In this document: positions 27,187-36,662 of the stretch, piece by piece | Layout of the letters: each line of letters begins with the position of its first letter | Position numbering within the stretch: position 1 is the first letter of the stretch | Assembly: GCA_017303475.1 (NCBI GenBank) | Contig: JAFLBO010000014.1 | Location: 76,782-140,781 of the forward strand | Source: Chitinophagales bacterium | GTDB lineage: Bacteria > Bacteroidota > Bacteroidia > Chitinophagales > Saprospiraceae | Reading direction: 5' to 3' | Length of the DNA: 64,000 nucleotides | The notes under the pieces: generated by a model | What the model was told of the DNA's origin: nothing | What the model saw: the letters and a program-made list of their open reading frames with translations, nothing else | Databases searched by the model: none | Program-made: the position numbers and the translations under genes

Positions 27187-29891
27187 AGTTTTCCATTTTG
27201 AAAAAATGCTAAATGTTTGCCCAGCCGGATGATAATCATCGTCAGCAGACCTGCTCCTATGCACACTACCCAATCGGCTGGCGACATAGGCGCGACGGAA
27301 AGCGCCGTCCGTACTGGTCCAATTTGATACAACCCTATGATAATGCATATACAAGCAGCAATGGCATACCAAACGTATTGATTGCGGACAACCTCGGTGC
27401 GCCAAAACGGAACGGCAATCGAACCCATATTGAAAACATGGAACAACTGACTGAAAATCAGTGTAAAAAACAGAATGTTGTTACAGCGTTGCACCAACCA
27501 ATCATCACTATTATGGATAAAAAAGTGACTGAAATATACGGCTCCGATAGTGCCTGCTGACAAAACAATCGAATAAAAAACAATCCTTCGCCAACGCGCC
27601 CGATCTATGATCGGCTCGTCCGGGTTTCGGGGCCGATGTGCCATAACACCTGGACTGCCAGCAGTAACACCCAATGCCAGCGCGGGCAGTACGTCCGTGA
27701 TAAGATTAATGAATAGAATTTGAAGAGGTTTCAATTGGAAATGCAAAAAGAGCAGCGAAACGGAAGATATTACAAGCAATTCGCTCAAATTACAGGACAA
27801 CAGAAAGACCACAAATTTTCGTATATTGTCGAAAATGACCCGTCCCTGCCGAATGGCAGTAATGATGCTGGCAAAGCTATCGTCACGCAGTACCATGTCG
27901 GCAACTTCTTGCGCCACCTGGGTACCACGTTGCCCCATGGCAATACCAATATCTGCTTTTTTGAGTGCGGGCGCATCGTTTACACCATCACCAGTCATAC
28001 CTACTATGGCTTTTCGTTCCTGGAAAACGCGTACCAAATCGAGTTTTTGTTTAGGACTGACACGTGCGAAGATTTTGGTTGTCGCCCAACGCGATTTATC
28101 CTCGGCGCTGAGGTTTTCAAAGTCTGGCATCTCTTTTCCCAACACCACCTCGGTGTTATCGGAGTCAATGATGCCCAACTGCCTGCCGATGGCTTTTGCG
28201 GTGGCTGGATGGTCTCCAGTAACCATCACCACTTCAATGCCTGCTTTTCGGCATTCGCTTATGGCGGCTGGAATTTCCTTTCTCGGCGGATCAATCAATC
28301 CGAAAAGCCCGGCAAAAACTAATTTTTCAGTCAAGTTCTCCGAATCGTAAGTATCGAGTTTAAATGCGCCCGCAATTACTTTTAACCCCGAAGAAGCCAT
28401 TTTTTCCGCTTCGACGAGCCATGCTTTGTGGTGCAATGGAGACATCGGGATGTATTTACCGGCATCGATTAGAAAGGAGCAACATTCCAATAAATCTTCG
28501 GCAGCACCTTTAGCAAAAACCATATTGCCTTCCGGTGTCTGATGCTGAGTCGCCATGATTTTAGTTTCGGAAGAAAAGGGTATTTCCGACAGCTTTGGGC
28601 ATTGAAGGCGAATGCGATTAATATCCTCACCCTGACGAAGTGCAAATTTGAGGAGTCCGGTTTCGAGTGGGTCGCCGATTTCGAGAAAATCTCCTTTTTG
28701 GGCAGAAATGTCAGCGTTGTTGCACAAGATGCCGATTTGCAGGAGGCGGCCATACTCCGCTTTTGGCAAGCTGTCTGCTGGAAGAGATTTTTCATCATCA
28801 CGCTTTTTCCATGCGCCACCAGGGGAAACCAGCGCTTCGACCTCCATTTTGTTTTGCGTGAGCGTTCCGGTTTTGTCTGTACAAATAACCGTGGTTCCTC
28901 CCAGGGTCTCCACCGCCGAAAGTTTGCGCACAATCACATTGTGGTGAGCCAGTCTGAGCATCCCTTGGGCCAGGGCAAGAGTAGCGACAATTGGCAATCC
29001 TTCAGGGACTGCGGCTACGCCAAGCGCAATCGCGGTTTCGAGCATTTCTACAATGGGTTTTCCGCCAATGACTCCTATACCGAAAATAACGACCACTAAG
29101 CCTACCGTAATTTTAATAAGCCGACCACTGAATGCTTCCAATTTACGCTCTAAAGGCGTGACGGCTTGATCAGATGTGCCCACAAGATGTGCGATTTTTC
29201 CTAATTCGGTATTCATGCCAGTCCCTGTGACCACGGCCCATCCGTTTCCTTTGGTGATGAAAGTCCCTTTGAAAAGCAGGTTCGACTGTTCTGCCAATGG
29301 CGTGTCGGTAGGTAATATGGCTGGCGCTTTTTCGACCGGTACACTCTCACCCGTAAGAGAGGCTTCGTCTACCTGCATTTGGGCACTGTTGAAGAGTCGG
29401 GCATCGGCAGGTGTCATATCTCCCGCTTCGAGGTAAATCACATCGCCAGGTACGAGTATTTCGCTGTTGATTTCCGACAGACTTCCATCGCGTAGCACTT
29501 TGACAGAGATGGAAACCATTTTTTTTAAAGCCTCCATGCTGCGCCCGGCCTGAAATTCCATGTAGAATCCTATAATGGCGTTGATGAAAATCACTACCAA
29601 TATGGCTATCCCGTCCAGCCATTCCTGGAAAGCGAAGGACAATCCCGCTGCAACGAACAACAGCAATACGATTGGGCTTTTAAATTGCCTTAAAAAAATG
29701 ACCCAGGCAGGTGTTTGCTCCCCTTGGGAAATGGCGTTGGGACCAACCAATTCCAAACGTGCAGCTGCTTCTGTTGCTGTAAGGCCATGCACAGTATCTG
29801 TGCTTATGCGGGAAATCAACTCATCCTCCCCTAAAGACCAGATAGGGATGTCTGATTTGCTCAGTATGTTGTTTTTATTACTTTTTACCAT
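27183..29891 (-). CDS. P2-type (Ca2+/Mg2+/Na+-K+-like) cation-transporting P-type ATPase; not a P1B heavy-metal pump
   Basis: Cation_ATPase_N-like GLTATEAAARLELVGPNAI. Motifs TGESVPVEK, ICTDKTGTLTQNKM, VMVTGDHPATA and MTGDGVNDAPALKKADIGIAMG. 902 aa, with no CPx motif and no HMA domain. Confidence 0.9.
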   Translation of the reverse strand: MVKSNKNNILSKSDIPIWSLGEDELISRISTDTVHGLTATEAAARLELVGPNAISQGEQTPAWVIFLRQFKSPIVLLLFVAAGLSFAFQEWLDGIAILVVIFINAIIGFYMEFQAGRSMEALKKMVSISVKVLRDGSLSEINSEILVPGDVIYLEAGDMTPADARLFNSAQMQVDEASLTGESVPVEKAPAILPTDTPLAEQSNLLFKGTFITKGNGWAVVTGTGMNTELGKIAHLVGTSDQAVTPLERKLEAFSGRLIKITVGLVVVIFGIGVIGGKPIVEMLETAIALGVAAVPEGLPIVATLALAQGMLRLAHHNVIVRKLSAVETLGGTTVICTDKTGTLTQNKMEVEALVSPGGAWKKRDDEKSLPADSLPKAEYGRLLQIGILCNNADISAQKGDFLEIGDPLETGLLKFALRQGEDINRIRLQCPKLSEIPFSSETKIMATQHQTPEGNMVFAKGAAEDLLECCSFLIDAGKYIPMSPLHHKAWLVEAEKMASSGLKVIAGAFKLDTYDSENLTEKLVFAGLFGLIDPPRKEIPAAISECRKAGIEVVMVTGDHPATAKAIGRQLGIIDSDNTEVVLGKEMPDFENLSAEDKSRWATTKIFARVSPKQKLDLVRVFQERKAIVGMTGDGVNDAPALKKADIGIAMGQRGTQVAQEVADMVLRDDSFASIITAIRQGRVIFDNIRKFVVFLLSCNLSELLVISSVSLLFLHFQLKPLQILFINLITDVLPALALGVTAGSPGVMAHRPRNPDEPIIDRARWRRIVFYSIVLSAGTIGAVYFSHFFIHNSDDWLVQRCNNILFFTLIFSQLFHVFNMGSIAVPFWRTEVVRNQYVWYAIAACICIIIGLYQIGPVRTALSVAPMSPADWVVCIGAGLLTMIIIRLGKHLAFFQNGKL

Positions 29892-29910
29892 TGTAAATTA
29901 TGGTTGGGCA

Positions 29911-30783
29911 CTATTCTGATATGGCCGTCGCCAGCAGACCCGCGACGTCAATGCGATTAGATGGGTGTTGAATTGTATTGCAACTAATAACCTGGGCAGC
30001 CCCCGCGACAACTAAGTCGTCGTAAGCATTGCCTGCGAAAACCGGGTGTACACCGATACAGACCGGCGCAACCATACCCGATACATGGAGATGCCCTACC
30101 GTTTCTATCATGGTATGGGCGGTCGAAATGATGTCGTCCACCAAAACCGGGGTGCGTCCATGGTATGCCGCCACAGCAGGTTTTGAGACTTCCACCTCGT
30201 GGTCGCTATGACGAACTTTTTCAAGTACAAGAAAAGGCGATTCCGCTGCTGCTGCTACTTTCGATACCCATTGCTCACTTTCACTATCAGGCCCTATGAT
30301 AATGGGGTTGACCACATTTTGCCGAATCCAGTCAGACACTAACGGCGCGGCGTGGATGGCTTTGCAAGGGATGGCATAGAGTTCCGACATAGAACCATGC
30401 CGGTGTAAGTGGGGGTCAATGGTGATAAGCCGGTCCACAAAAGAGGAAAGCAGTGCGGCAAAATAATTGCTTGTAACCGCTTCGCCCGGATTGAACACCT
30501 TGTCCTGTCGCATATAAGCTAAGTAAGGTGCTATTAGTGTGACAGATTTTGCACCACTGTCTTTGAGTAATTTCGTTAAGTAATATAGGGGTAAAATCTT
30601 ATCGTCAGGTTGAAACAAGGTGCAGACGATGACCGTTTGCTGCTCCTTAACTTCGCAAAGCAGCCTGACATAGCTTTCCCCGTCCGGGAAACGGTGAACC
30701 GTAAAAATGCCCAATTCGGCATCCAAATGGCGCGATATGCCGCGTGCCAGAACCGTATTTCCGGGCAATGCAAATATCTTCAT
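29911..30783 (-). CDS. Ribose-phosphate pyrophosphokinase (PRPP synthetase) family protein
   Basis: MKIFALPGNTVLARGISRHLDAELGIFTVHRFPDGESYVRL and PRPP-binding loop PVLVDDIISTAHTM. ATGA overlap with the upstream gene. Confidence 0.8.
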   Translation of the reverse strand: MKIFALPGNTVLARGISRHLDAELGIFTVHRFPDGESYVRLLCEVKEQQTVIVCTLFQPDDKILPLYYLTKLLKDSGAKSVTLIAPYLAYMRQDKVFNPGEAVTSNYFAALLSSFVDRLITIDPHLHRHGSMSELYAIPCKAIHAAPLVSDWIRQNVVNPIIIGPDSESEQWVSKVAAAAESPFLVLEKVRHSDHEVEVSKPAVAAYHGRTPVLVDDIISTAHTMIETVGHLHVSGMVAPVCIGVHPVFAGNAYDDLVVAGAAQVISCNTIQHPSNRIDVAGLLATAISE

Positions 30784-32360
30784 GATGAAAGTATTAAAAG
30801 TTCAGGTGCAATCGAGCGGAGGAATTCTTTGGCGTAGTCCAGCTCACCGGCGGATTCAGCAAAAACTGAAAGTAACAGATCGCGTCGGGCAATGGACGTG
30901 CCTAATGGTGCATAAAATCGCAAACCTGCTCCCGGCGACTTGGGAGCACCAGCAAGTTTGGCAAGACGAGCCAGTTGACGATTGTCAATTTTCTCGACCC
31001 GACCAGCTCTATCACTAAACCAATCGTAACGAAATTGGGCGCGCATTGGCTCTTTTATTGAACCCTGTGCGTGGCAAATCGCCACGAACTTTTCAAATGC
31101 TTTCCCACTTTCCAGCAGCTTCGTGGCTTGCTTTAATGATTCATTTTCTGTGAAATGCCCGGATATTTCCAACAGATTTGCAGCCAGGCTCATTGCACGT
31201 TGTTTTAGATCCTCAGGAGCATATTGGTCATTTCGTAACACCGCCAGTACGTCCAAGGCTTCCAGTGCCGGGCCAATGCCCACCCCAACTGGCTGTGTAC
31301 CATCGGTAATGACCGTTTTCACCTGCAAACCAATGGCCTGACCAACGGTATTAAAGCGAATCGCAAGGTTTTTAGCCTCTTCTGCTGTGCGAACCTTGGC
31401 CGTTTCACCAACCGGAATGTCAATGATCACATGAGTGGAACCAGCGGCGGCTTTTTTGGAAAGCACTGAAGCAATCATTTGACCTTCGCTGTCGATATCG
31501 AGTGCTTTTTCCACTGAAATGATGACATCGTCCGCCGGGCTTAACTGCATGGCACCGCCCCAGGCGAAGCACCCGCCTTCTTTTTCCACTACTTTGCGCA
31601 TTTCACTTAGTGTCAAATCTACCCGTGTAAGTGTTTCCATCGTGTCTGCGGTGCCTGCGGGGGAGGTGATGGCACGGGAAGAAGTCTTGGGGATGGTCAG
31701 CCCGGCGGCAGCTACGATGCTGACCACAATGGGCGTGGTGCGGTTGCCTGGCAAACCACCGATACAGTGTTTGTCCAGAATGATGGCTTTATTCCAATAC
31801 AGTTTTTCGCCTTTTTTAATCATCGCTCGGGTGAGGCTGATAATTTCCGGATCGGACAGGTTTTTACCGGAACAAGCTGTGATAAAGGCGGCGAGTTCGA
31901 CGTTGGAATAGCGTCCATCTGCTATGTCGTTTATGATGGCCTCAAATGCCGCACTTTCAAGTACATGACCATACATTTTTGAGCGAACCAACTTGAATGA
32001 TTCCATGGGTTTCAAATGCCCGACTTGAATCAGGTAGCCTTCCTGCACCTGCAAACGCTTCAGTGCCTCGTTGGAAAGCCCTGCTTCACCGTGGCCGACC
32101 AAATCGGACACCACATTCAGGGTTGCGATGATGCTTCGCTCGCCATAATACACCACAATTCTGGTAAGCGCAGAAAAACCCTCTGACTTACAGATAGGAC
32201 AGTCCCCTCGCATATAAATGATGTTCTCGCGGTAAGTGTCAATGTTTACAGACCGTACTTTAAGCGAATTGGAGGGTACATGCTCTCTGTCCATCTTAGC
32301 ATTGTCAGTGTCATGGTCAGCTGACTCATGTTTAAATGTAGTGGTTAACGCGTCTTCCAT
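30780..32360 (-). CDS. Thymidine phosphorylase / AMP phosphorylase family protein (long ~500-aa type)
   Basis: DKHCIGGLPGNRTTPIVVSIVAAAGLTIPKTSSRAITSPAGTADTME plus a glycosyl-transferase family 3 core. 526 aa. Confidence 0.8.
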   Translation of the reverse strand: MEDALTTTFKHESADHDTDNAKMDREHVPSNSLKVRSVNIDTYRENIIYMRGDCPICKSEGFSALTRIVVYYGERSIIATLNVVSDLVGHGEAGLSNEALKRLQVQEGYLIQVGHLKPMESFKLVRSKMYGHVLESAAFEAIINDIADGRYSNVELAAFITACSGKNLSDPEIISLTRAMIKKGEKLYWNKAIILDKHCIGGLPGNRTTPIVVSIVAAAGLTIPKTSSRAITSPAGTADTMETLTRVDLTLSEMRKVVEKEGGCFAWGGAMQLSPADDVIISVEKALDIDSEGQMIASVLSKKAAAGSTHVIIDIPVGETAKVRTAEEAKNLAIRFNTVGQAIGLQVKTVITDGTQPVGVGIGPALEALDVLAVLRNDQYAPEDLKQRAMSLAANLLEISGHFTENESLKQATKLLESGKAFEKFVAICHAQGSIKEPMRAQFRYDWFSDRAGRVEKIDNRQLARLAKLAGAPKSPGAGLRFYAPLGTSIARRDLLLSVFAESAGELDYAKEFLRSIAPELLILSS

Positions 32361-32389
32361 ATGGATACAATTTTTACGACATCTTTATT

Positions 32390-33775
32390 TTACAAATTGA
32401 ACAGCGTAATTTCTTCATCCTCTTTTGCTATTTGAGCAGGGATATGTAAGTCCTGTTCGATTTTGGCGCGGAAAATTTCTTGAGCAGGACTTTCCCCGTG
32501 TACGAGTATCACTTTCTGAACGGACTGACCCATCTGGCCGAGCCATTGCAGAAGTTCGGACTGGTCAGCATGACCCGACAAACCGGAAATTTCTTCAACA
32601 CTGGCTTTCACCGGCACGAATTGACCATGGATTTTTAATTCTGGTTCGCCGTTTTTCAAGCGTCGGCCACGTGTGCCCTCAGCTTGATACCCGATAAGCA
32701 GGATAGCATTTTTCGGGTCGGGGGCTAGGTATTTGAGATATTCGAGAACACGCCCCCCAGTGAGCATCCCGCTGGCAGAAATGACAATTTTTGACCCTGG
32801 CGTGGCGATGATTTTTTTGGTCTCGCGAAATTCGCGATTGATGACCACATCGTTACATACACTCATGCATTCATCATGTTTGAGTTTGTGCCACTGAGTG
32901 TGTCGGCACAAAATCTGGGTTGCATTGGCAGCCATAGGACTGTCGAGAAAAACGGGGAGACTGGCAGGAATACGCTCTTCGTGCTTGAGGGTATTCACGA
33001 GGTGCATGATTTCCTGGGCGCGCCCCACAGCGAAACTTGGAATGACAAGGCTTCCATGCCGCTTTATCACCCGATTGATGACCTCGGCCAATTCGTCCAA
33101 GGGATCATTGTCACCATGCAGTCGGTCGCCGTATGTGGACTCCATTACAACCAAATCGGCTTCGGGGATGGAGGAGGGTGGGAGCAGAAAACGCGATTCA
33201 TAACGTCCGATATCGCCGGAGAAAACAATTTTCTTGCCATAGCAACTTATCACAGCGGAGGCCGCGCCGAGTATATGTCCGTTTTTTCGGAAATGAAAAC
33301 TGAGATTGGGCGAAAGATGATACTCGATGCTGTGTTCGACAGTTTGAAACAGTGGAATTGCTTCGTCCACGTCCTTCTCATCGTACAGCGGTAGAGCGGG
33401 ATGGTGTTTGGAAAAGCCCATTCGGTTGGCTCTTTCGGCATCTTCTACCTGTATTTTGGCGCTGTCGTAAAGGATAAGTTCGGCCAGATCTGACGTCGGC
33501 GGGGTCATATAAATTTTTCCTCGGAACCCCCTTTTTACAAACAAAGGAATGTAGCCGCAGTGGTCGAGGTGGGCGTGGGTCAGTATCAGAGCATCCACCT
33601 CGGCTGGGTTGACGGGAATATCTTCCCAGTTCTTTTCGCGCAGGGTTTTTATGCCTTGGAACAGTCCGCAGTCCACTAGCAGAGTTAGTTCCGGGGTGCG
33701 GAGCAGGTGCTTGGAGCCGGTTACGGTTTGTGCCGCGCCCAATGATTGCATTGTGATTTTATGTGCGTCGTTCAT
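32390..33775 (-). CDS. MBL-fold metallo-hydrolase of the beta-CASP (RNA-metabolising) type
   Basis: LLVDCGLFQG and DALILTHAHLDHCGYIPLF (HxHxDH), followed by beta-CASP and C-terminal RNA-specificity-like regions (GLSGHADQSELLQW). Confidence 0.8.
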   Translation of the reverse strand: MNDAHKITMQSLGAAQTVTGSKHLLRTPELTLLVDCGLFQGIKTLREKNWEDIPVNPAEVDALILTHAHLDHCGYIPLFVKRGFRGKIYMTPPTSDLAELILYDSAKIQVEDAERANRMGFSKHHPALPLYDEKDVDEAIPLFQTVEHSIEYHLSPNLSFHFRKNGHILGAASAVISCYGKKIVFSGDIGRYESRFLLPPSSIPEADLVVMESTYGDRLHGDNDPLDELAEVINRVIKRHGSLVIPSFAVGRAQEIMHLVNTLKHEERIPASLPVFLDSPMAANATQILCRHTQWHKLKHDECMSVCNDVVINREFRETKKIIATPGSKIVISASGMLTGGRVLEYLKYLAPDPKNAILLIGYQAEGTRGRRLKNGEPELKIHGQFVPVKASVEEISGLSGHADQSELLQWLGQMGQSVQKVILVHGESPAQEIFRAKIEQDLHIPAQIAKEDEEITLFNL

Positions 33776-33851
33776 GTCATTTTACAAATAAATTGGCATA
33801 ATGCAGTAGTTGTAGCAAGCTTGCATTCAACTTTTGTTTGCCGAGTGGTGA

Positions 33852-34493
33852 TCAATGTTGTTTTTCTACTGTGGCAGTGTGATTTCTGCGCCTTTCTCTT
33901 AACTGCGTCTTAATTGGAAATTTTTTCAAAATACGATACACTGCCGGGTGCAAATTATCGGCCATAAAGGCAGGGTCGTACAGGTCGCCCTTGGCAGTTC
34001 CTGTCCACACAAGCCGTTTTAGGTGGCAATCATAAACATTCAGAGTGATCGTACTTTCGGCATAATCGTATCGCTCCGTGACATGGGTAGTGCGACCGTT
34101 TAGAAAGGGTGAGGGATAAAAATAATTATTCGGGTTTGGGTAGTAGTACGGATTACCCCTGACGCCAGAAACCGAGCCCTGATGTACAGTAGAGGTAATG
34201 GTCATTTGTTTAGGCATACTGCGGACTACTAATTGGAGTAGTATGTCCGGGGAATCTGGCTCTGCCTGTAACCCACGCTCGCCCATGCAGTGGGTGAAAT
34301 AATTGAGCGTGTTATTGCGGATGATTTGATTGTTGAATGTTGTGTTGGCGGTGTCGCGGTCGGGCAGCCAGGCAAATGTTTTGTATCGGGTGAAATTGGC
34401 CGTACGGTCGTAGTCGCTGTACACCTTGTTATAGGCAGTACAGTTGCTTAAAATTATCATCAGCGGGATGCACCAAAAAATGGTCCGATTCAT
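33852..34493 (-). CDS. DUF4136-like lipoprotein
   Basis: Lipobox ILSNC; YSDYDRTANFTRYKTFAWL matches my memory of the DUF4136 start. Confidence 0.55.
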   Translation of the reverse strand: MNRTIFWCIPLMIILSNCTAYNKVYSDYDRTANFTRYKTFAWLPDRDTANTTFNNQIIRNNTLNYFTHCMGERGLQAEPDSPDILLQLVVRSMPKQMTITSTVHQGSVSGVRGNPYYYPNPNNYFYPSPFLNGRTTHVTERYDYAESTITLNVYDCHLKRLVWTGTAKGDLYDPAFMADNLHPAVYRILKKFPIKTQLRERRRNHTATVEKQH

Positions 34494-34663
34494 GATTTTT
34501 TAATTTTTAGTGAATTGTCAAATTGATTTACACCAATTCAAAAAGGGCAGCCCCCCATTGGGAGAATGACGAAGAAGAATTATAACCTTTGGGAAGGCTG
34601 CCCAACCCCGAATCCTGCTTAAAATCCAGGGTGTTTTTTGATTGTTTTTTTGTATTTTGAACA

Positions 34664-36112
34664 TCACTGAATTTCAAAGTTGAGCATCATCCCACCGTCC
34701 TCGTGTTCGAGGTTATGACAGTGGAACACGAACTTGCCTTTGTTGCCGGGGAATCGAATAATGATGCTGACCTTTTCGCCTGGGAAAGCAAGCACAGTGT
34801 CTTTCCAACCTTTTTCCCAGACTTGCACAGCACTGCGTCCGCCGCTCCGATTGAGAACTTGAAATTGTACTCCGTGGATGTGCATCGGGTGCGTTTCTGT
34901 GCCTGTGGTATTATCGAACTCCCATATTTCGGTTGTACCGGCGTTCACCACCTCGTCGCGGCGATTCGCATCAAATAATTTTCCGTCGAGCGGATGCATA
35001 ACCATGGCGCTCATGCCGCCATGACTCATCATGTGCCCAATGTTAAAGGAGCGCGTTGCTACTGCCACTGAGGCAGAGATGACTTCGACCGGCATGAGTG
35101 CATTGGGCAAGATGGAATTGTCCGTTTCCTGTCTGGCGACTTTGAATTTAAGAATTTTAAAAGTTTGTTTCCCTTGTGATTCCGTTCCGCTGAATGTGTT
35201 GCTCTGTAAATACAGCTCCGAGCCGACGGCTTGGCCACCAAAATTGACCAGTACATCGGCACGTTCACCGGGGGAAAGAAGGATATTCGAAACTTCCACC
35301 GGCGCATCAAGCAACCCCCCGTCCGTGCCGATGAGATGGAATTTAGCTCCAGATGACAAAGCAAAATTGTAAATCCGGGCATTTGAGCCGTTGAGCAGTC
35401 TAAAACGGTATGTCCTGGTAGCTACTTCTAGCATGGCTCCCTGTGTACCATTGACCAGCACTGACTCGCCAAACATTCCAATAGTACGGTCATCAGTATT
35501 GGGGTTGTAGATCAACCCGGCATCGAGTCGCTTGTCCTGGACCACAAGGGGAACATCATAATCACCACCCGGTAAGCCCAGGGCTTCTTCATCAGGTGAA
35601 GAAATGATGAAAAAGCCAGCCAGTCCGCGATATGCCTGACTAGCCGTTGCAAGGTCGGGGTGTGGGTGATACCAATAAGTGCCAGGCCGGTTATTAACCG
35701 GAAAATTGTACTGAAAAGAACCGCCAGGCATTGTCACATCCGTTGGGTAACCATCTTGCGCAGCGGGCACCTCTAACCCATGCCAGTGAATATTGGTTGC
35801 TTCACTTAGGTTATTGCTGAATGCAAGATTCAAGGTCGAACCTTGCTGAATACGAAGCGTTGGCCCCAGAATTGCTGCCCCTCCATAGCCAAGGGTATTT
35901 ACCGTGGTTCCGCTACCGAGAGATGCAGTGTTTGACTTAGCATCAAGTGTAGCGTTCGCGGCATCCAGAATGGAAGGTATTGGAATCGGGTTGACAAAAG
36001 GGTTTTCCACGACATCGCGGGCGATGGCGTTTGTGCCCATGTCCATTTTGTGGCACATTGTACCGACAAGAGCAGCAAGCGTGCAAAAACTTATAATCTT
36101 TAGTGCGTTCAT
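34664..36112 (-). CDS. Three-domain multicopper oxidase (CueO/CotA-like) with a Met-rich loop
   Basis: HWHGLEVP, WYHPHP, HPMHIHGVQF and HCHNLEHEDGGMM. Met-rich loop GHMMSHGGMSAMVMHP. Confidence 0.9.
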   Translation of the reverse strand: MNALKIISFCTLAALVGTMCHKMDMGTNAIARDVVENPFVNPIPIPSILDAANATLDAKSNTASLGSGTTVNTLGYGGAAILGPTLRIQQGSTLNLAFSNNLSEATNIHWHGLEVPAAQDGYPTDVTMPGGSFQYNFPVNNRPGTYWYHPHPDLATASQAYRGLAGFFIISSPDEEALGLPGGDYDVPLVVQDKRLDAGLIYNPNTDDRTIGMFGESVLVNGTQGAMLEVATRTYRFRLLNGSNARIYNFALSSGAKFHLIGTDGGLLDAPVEVSNILLSPGERADVLVNFGGQAVGSELYLQSNTFSGTESQGKQTFKILKFKVARQETDNSILPNALMPVEVISASVAVATRSFNIGHMMSHGGMSAMVMHPLDGKLFDANRRDEVVNAGTTEIWEFDNTTGTETHPMHIHGVQFQVLNRSGGRSAVQVWEKGWKDTVLAFPGEKVSIIIRFPGNKGKFVFHCHNLEHEDGGMMLNFEIQ

Positions 36113-36116
36113 GATT

Positions 36117-36662
36117 TTAATTTTTTTCGTTAACTCGTTTCATCAATGTTTCATAAAGCTTCACTTCGACGCGGTCGTCGAATCCTTGTTGGAGCAGGGC
36201 AGGGTTGAAATCACTGAGCAAAAAGGAAAGGTTAGCCGACAACCTGCAAGCAACGGTGCTGGAAAAAAGATGCCGGATCGTAGCGGTGAGTGCGACGGGG
36301 CGTTCCTTGCCGTTCAGGTTGAGCATCCCTTCGATCTTGAAGTTTTGCACCGGATGGTCTTGGGTACTCACAAACGGTACATCCATTTTTCCTTTGAATA
36401 CAAGTTCCAGTTCCGGGTGGGCGCGGGCTAACAAGTTGAACGAGTCGCAGTTGCTTGTGAAGGTTTTCAATGGGGCCCGGAACTCGACTTCCGCAGTCTC
36501 GTAATTGAGTTTCATTTTTAACTCGTGGCTTTCAGCAACCAGCGCACTGTCCATGTGTTTGCCCCAGACTTGGATGTGTCCATCGCGAGCGCTCAAAAAT
36601 TGTTGGGACAAAGCTGCATGGCTCGCGAAAAGTAGGCTCATTATTATCCAGAAATTTTTCAT
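36117..36662 (-). CDS. Secreted protein, possibly YceI-like
   Basis: Signal peptide. KIEGMLNLNGKERPVALTATI resembles the YceI motif gxLtlhGvtkpV. This is a weak call. Confidence 0.35.
   Translation of the reverse strand: MKNFWIIMSLLFASHAALSQQFLSARDGHIQVWGKHMDSALVAESHELKMKLNYETAEVEFRAPLKTFTSNCDSFNLLARAHPELELVFKGKMDVPFVSTQDHPVQNFKIEGMLNLNGKERPVALTATIRHLFSSTVACRLSANLSFLLSDFNPALLQQGFDDRVEVKLYETLMKRVNEKN

Noticed and set aside
29911-32360. Naming these genes prs and deoA.
   Set aside because: Only family membership is clear. The long phosphorylase type and the operon context suggest paralogues rather than the housekeeping enzymes, so no gene symbols were assigned.
33815-33824. Perfect 10-bp palindrome GCAAGCTTGC upstream of the beta-CASP gene, considered as an operator.
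   Set aside because: Palindromes of this length are expected dozens of times by chance in 64 kb, and the flanking bases do not extend the symmetry.
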